DNA of 63,695 bases, counting the filler, from Reclinomonas americana ATCC 50394 (Eukaryota), in NCBI GenBank assembly GCA_048213135.1. It is 12 parts of 12 records of this genome, joined end to end, with 100 filler letters (N's around TTAATTAATTAA, not from the genome) between each part and the next. Parts side by side here need not be neighbours in the genome. Positions count along the whole stretch, not along the records: positions 51,105 to 56,951 come from AFZH01022711.1; positions 57,052 to 60,509 come from AFZH01022712.1; positions 60,610 to 62,582 come from AFZH01022717.1; positions 62,683 to 63,695 come from AFZH01022724.1; 8 more parts are not named here. One strand, given 5' to 3'. Below, piece after piece: positions 52,788 to 63,695 of this stretch; position 1 is the stretch's first letter; each line of letters opens with the position of its first letter. The position numbers were made by a program, and so were the translations under genes. The notes under the pieces were generated by a model. The model was not told where the DNA came from. It did no database searches and saw only the letters and a list, made by a program, of their open reading frames with translations.

Positions 52788-55110
52788 TCAACGGCACAAC
52801 AACACCGTGAGATCACTCAACTCGCTCGCCAGCTGCTGCGCCGTCGGACGACGCACTGGACGACCATCCAAGCATCTGCAGATTTTTCATGCATGTCAGT
52901 CAGCGCGTTTCCTCGCAACTCTCTTGGAAACACACAAACCTCAGTGACAATCGCACAATCCGCTCACACACCGGTGCCGGCCACGGTCGACCGACACCGC
53001 CATCCGCCAGCTCCACTGCAGTTTTGAGCAGCGCTTCGCCACCCGCAGCATCCTCCAGCTCCTCCAGCTCCTCCAGCTCCTCCAGTGCCTCCACTCGCCG
53101 ATGCACCTCGTCGATCGGCAGACCGCTGAACACTTGCAGCAGGATGAGACCGAGCGAGAACACATCCGAACTCGGTCGCAGCTGGCCGTGCATGGCCTTG
53201 GGGTCAGCGTAGTTGGGATCGCCAGCAAAACGCACTGACGATTGCGTCTGCATCACGAGGAGTGGGAGGGAAGGGATGAGGGAAAGGGGGGGGGGGTGTG
53301 GAGGGAGTCACAGTGCAGGAAAAGTGTAACTCACTCCATCGGTTTTGAACCAATGCGCCACTCCCAGGTCCGCGATGTAGGCCATTCCACTGTGGTTGAA
53401 CAGAATGTTGGCTGGCTTCAGGTTTCGATGAATCGCTGAGAGAGAGAGAGAGAGAGAGAGAGATCAAGTGAGCAAAACACAATGAGCAGATTGTGGAATA
53501 CAGAAACGCGTACCATTCTGCGCATCACGACAAGCGCACAACAAGACACAAGTCAGTCAACGAAGAAAAAGATGGAGCAAACACTCATGACTTCTCTTCC
53601 TCACATGCCTGCATCATCAGTTGCCACAGCGTGAGTCAAAAAAAGCATGAGAACAAACAACGGACACAGGCGACACGCAACTTATGCAGCGAAGCAACAG
53701 TCTCGGCACACCGCAATATGCACGCCATGCGCGCCTCGATCGACATCACTGGCAGTCCGCGCTCCGACCACTGCAGCAGTCGGTGCTCCAAGTTGTGCTC
53801 GCTGTGAATCATACACGAGTGAGTTGACACCGAGAAATGCTATCTGCTTGTTTGTCTGTCTGTTGTTCTCTTCTCTCCTGGTCACTCTCACCTGTTCGAA
53901 CTCTCACCAACCATCATCTATCTGCTCAGCAGACTCTGATCACTCGTGGACAAGTCACATGCATGACCTAACCTCTCCTGTAAATCACCACCACACTCAC
54001 CTCATTGCTTCCAGCACCACACATCGCTTGCCCTCGTCCGACTCCGCAAACCCAATCAGCGGCACAACACCATCCACACTCACCGCCTTGAGCTTCTCCG
54101 CCTGACGCAAAGAGCGAGAATGAGTAATTCTCCTTCTCCCACCCTTTCCCCTCCACCACTCTCACCTCATTGTAGAACGACTCGATGCACCACGGCAGCG
54201 CACTGTCAAACACCTTGATCGCCACGTCCTGTCCAGCCAACTGCCCGCTGAACACCTTGCCCAGTCCACCATCACCGAACAGTCGCTTCGCAAAATTGTT
54301 GCTCATCGATACCACTTGCTCCCACGAGAATGCCGTCAATGAGGCTGCATTCATCACGACAACAGTGAGTCGTCAATCATCGTCAACAAGCTTCCCCTCC
54401 TGACACTGCCACACGCACGTCGATGGGTGAGATTGCCTTGCATGCATATGGCGGCCAGATCCGCCTCGAGTCGCTGTACTCGGTCGTGTTCGCGCTGTCG
54501 CTGCTCGTTCACGCGATTCAGCGCCTCCTGCAGCGTAGCGCGCTTGGCTTTCCGCTGCTGGATCGAGACCGCGTGCTGAGCGATGGTCGTTTCCTGCCGC
54601 TGTGCACGTTGCTGCCACTCGCTCATCTGCGCTTGCTGCTCTGCCAGCTGTCGCTGCAACTCCTGCAATTGCTGCTGCGCCCGCGACACGGATTCCTCTT
54701 GCTCTCGCTGCGCCGCCTCGACCTCCTGCCGCAGCTGAGCAGCAGCGCGCTCATAGTGCTGCACCTGAGCCTGCCACTCGCTTGACTGCTGCCGTTGTTC
54801 CTCGAGCTCTCGCCGCACCGCATCGAGTGCGTGTCCTGCATCAGTCGGAATGTGGGAGATGTTGGAGCTAACCGGCGCTGCAGACGCCTGCAGAGATGCA
54901 TGTGAAAGAAAATGAGCGCACATACAGCAGAGCGCTCCTCCGTGGACGCAACAGCAGCATCGATTGACACTGCATTCCGAAGCGCGTGAGCAAGTGAGTA
55001 GAAGCGTGACCAGAGGTGGCAAGACATGTACTCACTGTTGGAGGAGCCTGATTGACGGATGTGTGGCGGGACTTTGACAACTTCACCGCACTCCTGCTGC
55101 GAGCGCAGTG
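52788..55110 (-). CDS. Coiled-coil IRAK/Pelle/RLK-like protein kinase, catalytic Asp replaced by Asn (5' end unresolved)
   Basis: FSWEQVVSMSNNF, GDGGLGKVF, VAIK, FYNE, IHRNLKPANIL, IADLG, GDPNYADP, SDVFSLG and RRPTA. Confidence 0.8.
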
Positions 55111-56635
55111 CATCCTGTCTGTGCTACCAGGTCATTGAAGTACCTACGCCGACAGAGACTCGCTCCACAAGCGAGTGCACGTGACCATGAAGTCGACACA
55201 TGTGAGAGAGCGCGCAGCGCGATCGAGACATCGGGCATGAAGCACCAATTCCGTCCGCGATCGCTCGCCGGTACCTGTATGCCGACACCTCTGCACGTGC
55301 GGTATATGTGTGCTACACGTGCGTGGTCGACGCTAGGCGTGGGTGACTACGAGAGCGTGGCTCTCGAGCGGCGGCCATGAGGCGACTCACTTGCAAGTTC
55401 GGATTCAGCGCCTTTCTCACGCGGTGCAGTGGCCCGCGGCTGCTTTCATGCACAACCACTGTTGCGCCTGAGTCATATGTGGCCAGTACGGGAAAGTCCA
55501 GAGAAGAGGGGGTGAGGCGGGAGAGTGGGGCATCATGTGCAGAGGAGCCAGAGGGAGCGCACAGGGCCGGCGCCAGTGTGCTGTGGTTCGCCTGGTGCCT
55601 GTATCACGCACTCGCGTTCTCCTCTCGTCTGCGGTGCGTCGTGGGCCATGGCCATGCGCAGCAGAGGAGAGTGGCGTCGGCATGGGGCGCGCGCACATGC
55701 ATGCCCCACTCCTGCGAAATACTGTATGCAACAAGGCTGCTGGTTGCTGTGGCATCGCCACGCCCTGTCCACGAGCACGGCGGTGTCCGTCGCGACTCCG
55801 CTGCAGGGTGAGCGCAGCGTGTCGAGACACGCTGCGGAGTGCACATGTGCATGCTACAAAATCGATAGCAATCGAGAAGTTGTGCACCAATCATTTAGTT
55901 TTATCTCCGCACGGTGGTATGAGCGCCCTCGAGCAGCAGCTTGTGGTGAGGAGCAGGCGAGAGCGCCGAACGTGCGCCTCGTTGCAATTGTGCAGGCGCA
56001 GCACGCGACCCGCGGTGAAAGGCCACTGGATGACCATAATTGACGACCGGATGTGGACGTGCGCACGAGTGCACAAGCATCGCGACGCGCGCTCCCCGCT
56101 TCATTGATTGTGTCGCACGCATACCAGCGACCGTGAGTGCTCGGAGTTCCACCTACAAAAACGATGAAAGGCCATCTAGATCTGTAACAATCAAAAAAAC
56201 AAATGATTCGGCGACGGCTGTTTCTCACCGACCGACGATATATATCCTGCGGAGATGAGAGAATGCATGTAGGATTCGTGCAACCACCTCGCCAACCAAC
56301 CGCACATAGGTGCACAGGTTAAACACGACCCACGCAAGTTCAACTTCATTTTCCGTATCTGGTGAAAGCTTGCGGGTCCGGACAAGCCGAAACGCCGTCG
56401 CGCGCGTTCAGCAGAGCGGCAGCGCCGAGCTGGGCTGGGTGGCGTGCGTGCTGCACATGGCACGGCCACGTCAAAAACGACTGTCGAATTGGTGACCCCA
56501 TGTCGAAGGCAAGACAAGCCGATTGCTCCTTCACTTACCCGATTTGGCGTGAATCTTCCAGCCCAATTTTTATCGTCTGTGCGTGTGCGAGAGGAGACAC
56601 ACACACACACACACAGTGCGTGTGCGTGTGTGCGA

Positions 56636-57051
56636 ATGAGTCACCATCACCATCTCCCGCACCACCTGCTTCACGCACCCAACGGCAGCGGATTGACGCC
56701 AGCAGCCGCTGCGCCATCCATGCCGTCTCCGTATGCGCCACACCAGCACCTCCTGCACGCCGCCGCCGCAGCGCAACAGCACACCATGTTTGTGCCACAA
56801 CGACCAGCGCCACAGCAACAGCCACCAATCGTCTACACGCATGCGCAGCTGCCATCGCTGCACCACGCGTTGGGCGGCAACGTGGCACTCCAACAGCTGG
56901 CATCGCATCAACCGCAGGAGCAGCAACAACAGCAGCAGCAACAGCAGCAGCNNNNNNNNNNNNNNNNNNNNNNNNNNNNNNNNNNNNNNNNNNNNTTAAT
57001 TAATTAANNNNNNNNNNNNNNNNNNNNNNNNNNNNNNNNNNNNNNNNNNNN

Positions 57052-57088
<37 letters not shown>

Positions 57089-60000
57089 AGGAGACACACT
57101 AACTTTTTTCGAATCCGCGTGGTTTCCTGTTGTGGCGCGTCTTTGGTTTGCTGCACAATTTGGTGACCAGTGTGCGTGCGTGCGTGCGCGCGCGTGTGTG
57201 TGTCTGCGTGTGCATGCATGGGTGGTCGTCCTCGTCTATCACTCCGACGTCTGTTGTTGTTGTGGGCGCATCATTATTTTTTTATCGCTGCGGCTTGTCT
57301 GTATGTTCGCATCTGAAACTCAACTCTCCTCTTCCTCCTGCCCGCCTGCTGCTGCTGTTGAGTGTGTATCTGTGTGATGTTGTGCACACAGCCCTCGGAG
57401 TTTGTGGTGCCTTGTTTTGCGCGCTTCTTTTCTTTGATTGCAATTGACCGTTGCTGTCGTCAAGTTGAAGCGGTTGCCTTTATTTTCTGTCGCTTCTTCC
57501 TTCGTTGCATGCAGCGCTTCGCTGCTGGTGTCCATCCTCCACCACACCAGTGCCTTGTGCACTCTGATTTTGTCGGCCACTTGTTGCCTCCTGCGACACT
57601 TTGGTGTGTAGTTTTAGAACCCTCGCACAATTCTTGTGCGCTCGTTCCGTTTGGCCCTCTTCTTCTTCTGTCGCTCTCCTCCTACTCCTATTCCTAACAT
57701 GCGCATAGTCGTTGGCATGTTCGAGGTTGGCAATCGACGCGCATATTCTTCTTTGCTGCAGCAGTGATGGTGTCAGCGATTACACCATATTTGGTGCTTT
57801 CTCTCCTCCCACTGCTTTCCTTTGAGCTGTCCTTTGTGTCTCTCTCCCTGTTGTCTGCATGGTTGTGTGTCGGAGTGCGTGGGTCTGTGCGTGTGTGTGC
57901 GGTGCGTGTGGGGCCAGTTGGCGGTCGGATCTGTCGGTTTTGTGTCGCCACAGACGTATAAGCACGTGCGCGCGTGTGTGCGTGCACTTTGTCAGCGATC
58001 CTGTTGTGTTCTGTACCTTCTTTGTGCAGTGCACAGCTTGCAGGCGTGTGTGTCTTGTCTGTATTGCTGCAGCGCAGCGTGTCTTGTCTCCCTCCACTGC
58101 GAGAAGATTCCGTCGTATGTCGGTTTTTGTCTGCCCTGGTCGCCTTCCCACACGTACACAACAGAGGAGATAGAAAGAGAGAGGGTTGGTGTATGCGATC
58201 CACCCGCTGCGCCACTCGGACCGCGCTGTGATCTTGTCTTTTTTTGTTGCGTGCGTCAGGGCTCCAATCGAATTCCTGTATTGAGTTCTGTCGGTTGCCA
58301 TTCACTGCTGGTGGTTGGTGGAGAGAGTGCGTGCGTGTATGTGCATTGGTGCGTCCGCGTGTGTGTCCGCGTGTGTGAGAGACGGTCTGGAGAGAAGTAG
58401 ACAGGATCACCGATATCTCGCGAAATGTGCGCCCTCCTGTTTTTCTCTCGTGTGTGAGTGTGTGTGTGTGTGTGTTCATGTCTCGCGGGCCACCATCCGT
58501 TGGTGTGCCCCCCTCGGTGATCTATCACTTCCACCGCCAGACACAGGGCTGCTACAACTCCGCCTGTGTAATCCATGCTGTGTCGTTTTTTCGCGTGTTG
58601 TGTTCGGGGGGCGCCAGCATGACATCTCTCTCCACACACGCACCCACGCACTTCTCCTGTGCGTCACGCTGCGGTGCCCGTGTGGGGTGCTCTCTATTTC
58701 TCTCCCTTGATCATCATCCTCCCTCTCTCGTCGTCTTCTTCGCGGCGGTGGTGGTGTTGGTGTCGTCGGGGGTTCATTTGTATACTTGCGGACATGCACG
58801 CGCTCTGCTGTTTCCGAGAGTGTCTCTCTCCTTGTGGCTTCTGCGGTCGCGTCTGCGCAGTAGTGGATTCACCAGCAGTTGTAGGCTAATGCTACTGTGC
58901 TGCGGCGGTGTGTGTGGGCGCACGGTCGACAGTGTGAGAGTGGCAACATGGTGGTGGTGGCACAACTGGTCGGTATTGCACCTTTGCTGGTCGCCACCAT
59001 CGGCATCAGCAGTCTGCCGCGCTTTGCAACAGTGGTGGAGGGGTGTCGTGCAGTGCTCTGCTCGTGCTCTGATTAATAGAGTAGGTTGCAGAGGCCGGGG
59101 TGGACATGTTGGTTCGCACGCCACTGGCAACACTGCTGCGTTTTTCTTCCTTTCATGCATCGTGTGTCCGTTTTTCTCCCGTTCCTCGCCTCGCATATCT
59201 TTCTGTTCTGCCTCGTACTCGTCTGTCTATCGTCAGCACACACACACACACGCTATATCGCTGCAGTTGGCGTGGTGCGGCCGCGATTCCACAATCGTTT
59301 TTCGGAGGAGTGCTCCGTATTTCTTCTGTAATCACAAGTGATTGCTTTTTTTCTCCGACTTCCCCTCTGATCGTCGTCGTTATTGGTGCACATTCTGCTC
59401 TGCTAATTTTTCTGTTCTCCGCTGGATGCATGCACTCTGTTGACTGCGATTATCAGTCGTCACTTGTGATTTTTGTGCGACCGCACATTGTCAGCAGCTG
59501 CTGCTTGATGGCAGACAGACATCAGCAGCAGAGAGAACGTGTGTCATTGTGAGGAGTGAGGTGTGCACTAGTGGGTGGCCGTGGTTGTGGTGTCAGTTGG
59601 TGCGGGCATGTCCTTGCAGCGTTCTTACACTCTCTCTCGCCTCTTCTCCCTTCGCAGCTGGAACGATTGCGCCGAGAGTTCGACCTTGACTCGCAACCAC
59701 CACCGGATTCCTATGCCCGACTGGCAAGCGAGCTGGGTCACACTGCGCAAAAGATCAGGACCTACTTTGCTGTTGCGTAATCTGCACACAGAAAGACACC
59801 ACCACCGACTGTTGCAATTGTTTGTGTTCAACTGTGTGCGCATGCATGATGCATCGCAGAACCGGAGAGCGCAGATGAAGAACTCGGGCAAGAAGGGCAC
59901 CAAGCGCCACGCCACCTCGAGTGATGACGATGGCGAGGATGGCGACAGCTTGCCTGCCGAGGCGGGGGCGGTGGCCGGCCATGGCTTCACCATGGTCCCA

Positions 60001-60162
60001 CCGCGTCACCACGCGTACGCCGACATGCCGGACCCTCTCGCCGGCGGCGACGACGACGACGCCGACGCCAGCCGCATCACCATTCCACTGATGATTGGCA
60101 GCGGCGATGACGGCGATGAACCGCCGCGCAAGAGATGCAAGCCCGAGTCACCCGAAGAATGA
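56636..60162 (+). CDS. Homeobox transcription factor (His/Gln-rich N-terminus, atypical homeodomain)
   Basis: Exons 59658-59771 and 59860-60162 give LERLRREFDLDSQPPPDSYARLASELGHTAQKIRTYFA|NRRAQMK. The link to the poly-Q exon at 56636-56951 across the gap is inferred. Confidence 0.7.
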
Positions 60163-60609
60163 TGACTCGGGAGATGTTCAACCCCTATGTGTATCCGCCC
60201 TTCACCAATAACGGCAGCGTTTGTGTCGTCGGTGTTTTAGTTGTCAAGCGCCGAAGCATGTGTGTGTGCACCTTTCCTCCCTCCTGCTCGCCGTAGATGT
60301 ATGATTATGTTTCTAAAGAAGAAGAGCCACAGTGAAATCGAATGTGTTTGCTGTTATCATCACTCACTCAATCACCAGCGTCGCTGTGCATCTCAACACC
60401 ACGAGTGAAACACATGTGTCTCCATGATTTTTTACACATACACACAAACGCGTACACTGATGCACACGGTCCTCCCAGCAAAACAGCAACATCAATCGCC
60501 ATCATTATCNNNNNNNNNNNNNNNNNNNNNNNNNNNNNNNNNNNNNNNNNNNNTTAATTAATTAANNNNNNNNNNNNNNNNNNNNNNNNNNNNNNNNNNN
60601 NNNNNNNNN

Positions 60610-62129
60610 GGCGACGGGTGCAGCCACGGGCACGCCACTGCCGCCAGCAGCACCTCCGACGGCCGCGACGGGTACTCCACTGCCACCCGCGTCGCTGACT
60701 ACGACGCCGACCGCCACACCACCGCGCTCCCCCGCCAAGACCAATGGAGTGTCGGCGCCGTCGACGCCGAATCCCGACGAGCGACCCACGCCAAAGCAAA
60801 TCACTGTGGCGCCACTCTCCAACCTGGATCCCGCTTCCAATGTCGTGCACGCGGGTAACACTCCAGCACCACCGATGCCACCGTCGTCGTCGCCGCCACA
60901 GACTACGGCCGCCGGCAATGGTGCGGCACGCACCACTCCACCGCCACCATTGTCGCGCGATCTGCAGATGCAGCGAATTCGGCTGGAGGACGGCTCGGAG
61001 GTCTTGCGCGCACCGTTGCCGTCTGCCAAGAGAGCCACATCGCCGGCTCCCAGGTCGCCGGTGCCCGGTGCGAATGGCCATCACGTTGGCGACGACAGTG
61101 ATCCACCCCCATCTTCAGGTGAAGTGGTGGATCCTGCTGAAGTCAAGATGTTGCGCACGACGGTGGCGGAGCAGGCTCGGCAGATGCGCAAACTCGAAGA
61201 TATGCTCTCCAAGATGGTCGACTGGCGCGTTTCGTCGATGGAGAGTGGTCAAGTTGCGCTCTGCATTCACGCGCCCCGCGTGTTGTGTGTGTGTGTGTGT
61301 CTTCTCAATGTTGGTCTTCCTACCTCGACACAGCAACCTGGTCTGGAGGAAAAAGTGCACGCTCTGGAGCAGCAGGTATTGTGATCCGTGTGTGTCGCAC
61401 TCTTTGCGCGCTCCCGGTGTCGGTCTCACCCGTGTGTTTGCCAGATTTCGGAACTGGTTCGCGCACAATCGGCGTCGTCCATCAACGTGCCCAGCGTGCC
61501 AGCCGCCGAGGCCTCGTCCACCGCCGACGCTCCTGCAGCCTCCGAGACGCGCACTCCAGACAAGGCTTCTGCGGCCGCCCGTGCTGGTGCCCGACAGGGC
61601 CTGACGGTGCGTGCGGTGGTGTCTGGCTCACCACATCGGGGTGTGTCTGGAGATTCGCTGGATGTGGCCAGTGGGCAGCCGGATACCAATGGCGGCACCT
61701 CGCTCTCGGCCGCCGCCGAGTGCGCCACTCCGTCGATCCGCGATCGGCGACCCGGCGACATCTCCGAACCGTCGTCGCCCATGTCCCCCGCGCCAATGGC
61801 CGCGCCGCCGGTGGCGGAAATGTCTCTGTCTGCTGGTCTCTCACTGTTGGACGTGACTGCGCGGGATCCGTTCTTGCAGCGGGTGCACGTGCTGAGCAAG
61901 GTGCTCGAGTGGCAAGAGTTGGTGGTGCCGCCAGACGCGGAGGATCTCGAAGACATTGAGAGCCTGTCACCGCTGTCGAGCACGGGAGAGGCGGAGCTCG
62001 CTGCCGAGTCGTCGCTGAAAAAGTCGTCAAACAACAGCAAGCCGGTGCGCGTGGTGCGGAAATCGTCGCCGACCAAGAACAAGACGCCGTCGTCGCCGAG
62101 TGGAGACCAAAAGGCGAAGGAGGCGCCAT

Positions 62130-62160
<31 letters not shown>

Positions 62161-62518
62161 CGCCACGGCATCGACAGCCGTGACGACCACCATCTCCACC
62201 ACTGCACCCTCTCCTCCGCCTTCGCAGGCGAAGAAGGATGCGGCAGTTGCTCCGCAATCGACGGTGCCAGTGGTGGTCGCTGTCGAGGGTCCACCGGTGC
62301 GACCCAAGGTCCCGACGAGCGTCGTCACCACCACGACCACCGCTGCTGTGGTGTCTTCTCCCACGACAGCAGTCGCAGCGACGGCTCCTGCTCCCGCACC
62401 AGCAGCTGCACCGTCACAGGCTCCGGTAACATTGTCGTCACTCCCGGCATTGTCGACGGTGGGGTCGCCGGCGCAGTCGGCAGGTGATGGTGCGGCCGAT
62501 GCTCCTGGATCACGAGCG
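60610..62518 (+). CDS. Pro/Thr/Ala-rich hypothetical protein with short coiled coil (both ends truncated by gaps)
   Basis: Open frames joined by introns at ~61253-61332 and ~61376-61444. Coiled coil EVKMLRTTVAEQARQMRKLEDML. Confidence 0.55.
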
Positions 62519-62524
62519 GTAAGT

Positions 62525-62560
<36 letters not shown>

Positions 62561-63105
62561 GAGAGAGAGAGAGAGTGACGTANNNNNNNNNNNNNNNNNN
62601 NNNNNNNNNNNNNNNNNNNNNNNNNNTTAATTAATTAANNNNNNNNNNNNNNNNNNNNNNNNNNNNNNNNNNNNNNNNNNNNAAAGGATAAAGAGGGAAA
62701 GGAGCGCGCGAGGAAGAGGGAAGGGAGTGGGAAGGGAAGAAGAAGAGAAAGAGGCGAAGAAGGAAAGGATAAAGAGGGAATGAGCGCGCGAGGAAGAGGA
62801 AGAAAGCCGAAAGGATAGACAGAGAAAGAAGGCAGGAATATGAATGGCGGTGATATGCAACGATGGAGGAAAGGAGAGAGGCGCGCGGTAGGAGAGCAAG
62901 GGAGACAGGAAGAAGAGAGAGAGAAAAAAGGTGGCGTGAGAGAGATGAAGTTGAGAAAGGAAAGGAAGGAGCGTGATCAGCAAACGGCCGATAATCACCG
63001 CCACACACGCACACATACGGTGAAGAGGTACATGGAGAAGGAATAGAGGGAGAAGAAACGCAAAGAGAGAGAGAGCGAGAGAGTGTGCAATGCAGGCGGG
63101 GCGGC

Positions 63106-63610
63106 GGAATAACTGCATGAACACGCGGTGCACTGGCGAATCCATGCACGAAGACATTCAAGGATAGAGGGAAGGGAGGAGAAGAGGGCGAAGAGAGAGG
63201 AAGGGAGGAAGGGAGGGGAAGGGAATGTGATTCGTGTCGGAAGAATGGTGCAATCACGCGGAGCACTGGCGAATACGTGCACACAGACACACAGCCGTGC
63301 TCTCACCAAGAGAGGAGGAGGAGAAGAGGGAGAAGAGAGTTGAGAGAGAGAGAGAAAGGGAGGTGAATAGGGAGAGGTGAAGAGGAGGAAGAATTGTGTA
63401 ACCAAGCGGAGCAATGGCGAGACAATGCACGAAGACACGCAACACGTATGGCGACGAGATACGTGGAGAAAGAACGAGAGCGAGTGAGACAAAAAAGAAG
63501 AAAAAGAGAGGCAGGGAGAAGAGAGAGGAAGGGAGGTGAATAGGGAGAGAGAGGAAGGGAGGTAGAATTGTGCAATCATGCGGAGCAATGGCGAGTTGAT
63601 ACATGTTCAG
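63106..63610. repeat. Array of four degenerate ~50-nt elements separated by purine-rich spacers
   Basis: Copies start at 63106, 63239, 63387 and 63561. Approximate core GGAAGAATtGTGcAAtCAnGCGGAGCAmTGGCGA. Confidence 0.8.
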
Positions 63611-63695
63611 CAAGAGAAGCGACGAGAATGAGTGAAAGCGAAAGAGGGGAATGAAACAGGAAATGCATAGCAATGCGAGTGGGCGGAATGGTATA

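Noticed and set aside
53973..53977. 5-nt microexon GAGAG in the kinase gene
   Set aside because: It needs a 23-nt upstream intron and breaks the frame.
55110..56300. Further 5' exons of the pseudokinase or a separate gene
   Set aside because: Splice-like signals are present, but I could not build a unique in-frame model.
63106..63610. CRISPR array or tRNA/Pol III gene cluster
   Set aside because: Repeats are too degenerate and spacers are low-complexity and variable. No cas genes, cloverleaf or convincing B box.

Overview
This is gene-dense, GC-rich eukaryotic (protist-like) nuclear DNA from a draft assembly. Eleven 100-nt N/TTAATTAATTAA/N linkers mark gaps, and several genes (Rab11, MFS, Pol lambda, GCN5) continue across them. 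Genes are split by many short (about 60-120 nt) GT-AG introns, so the ORF track mostly shows exon fragments or antisense shadows. All gene models were spliced by hand, and family calls come from motif recognition, not database searches. About 29 genes are supported, including Rab11, GET1, a START protein, GEX1/Brambleberry, TMEM245-like, LBP/BPI, Pcc1, YeiH-like, MFS, vWA, BCL7-like, WD40, calmodulin-like, two NlpC/P60 hydrolases, Pol lambda, cysteine synthase, GCN5, an IRAK/RLK-like pseudokinase and an atypical homeobox. The most unusual signal is the splicing code: a very abundant second donor class, GTTGCG, is used mainly when the exon ends in A/C/T and looks like the G|GTGCG consensus shifted by one base. 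It comes with 4-5 nt microexons and a possible zero-length (recursive) exon. Also notable are an intronless phage-tail-fibre-like gene on a host contig and an unexplained array of ~50-nt elements at the right end. I cannot name the organism.
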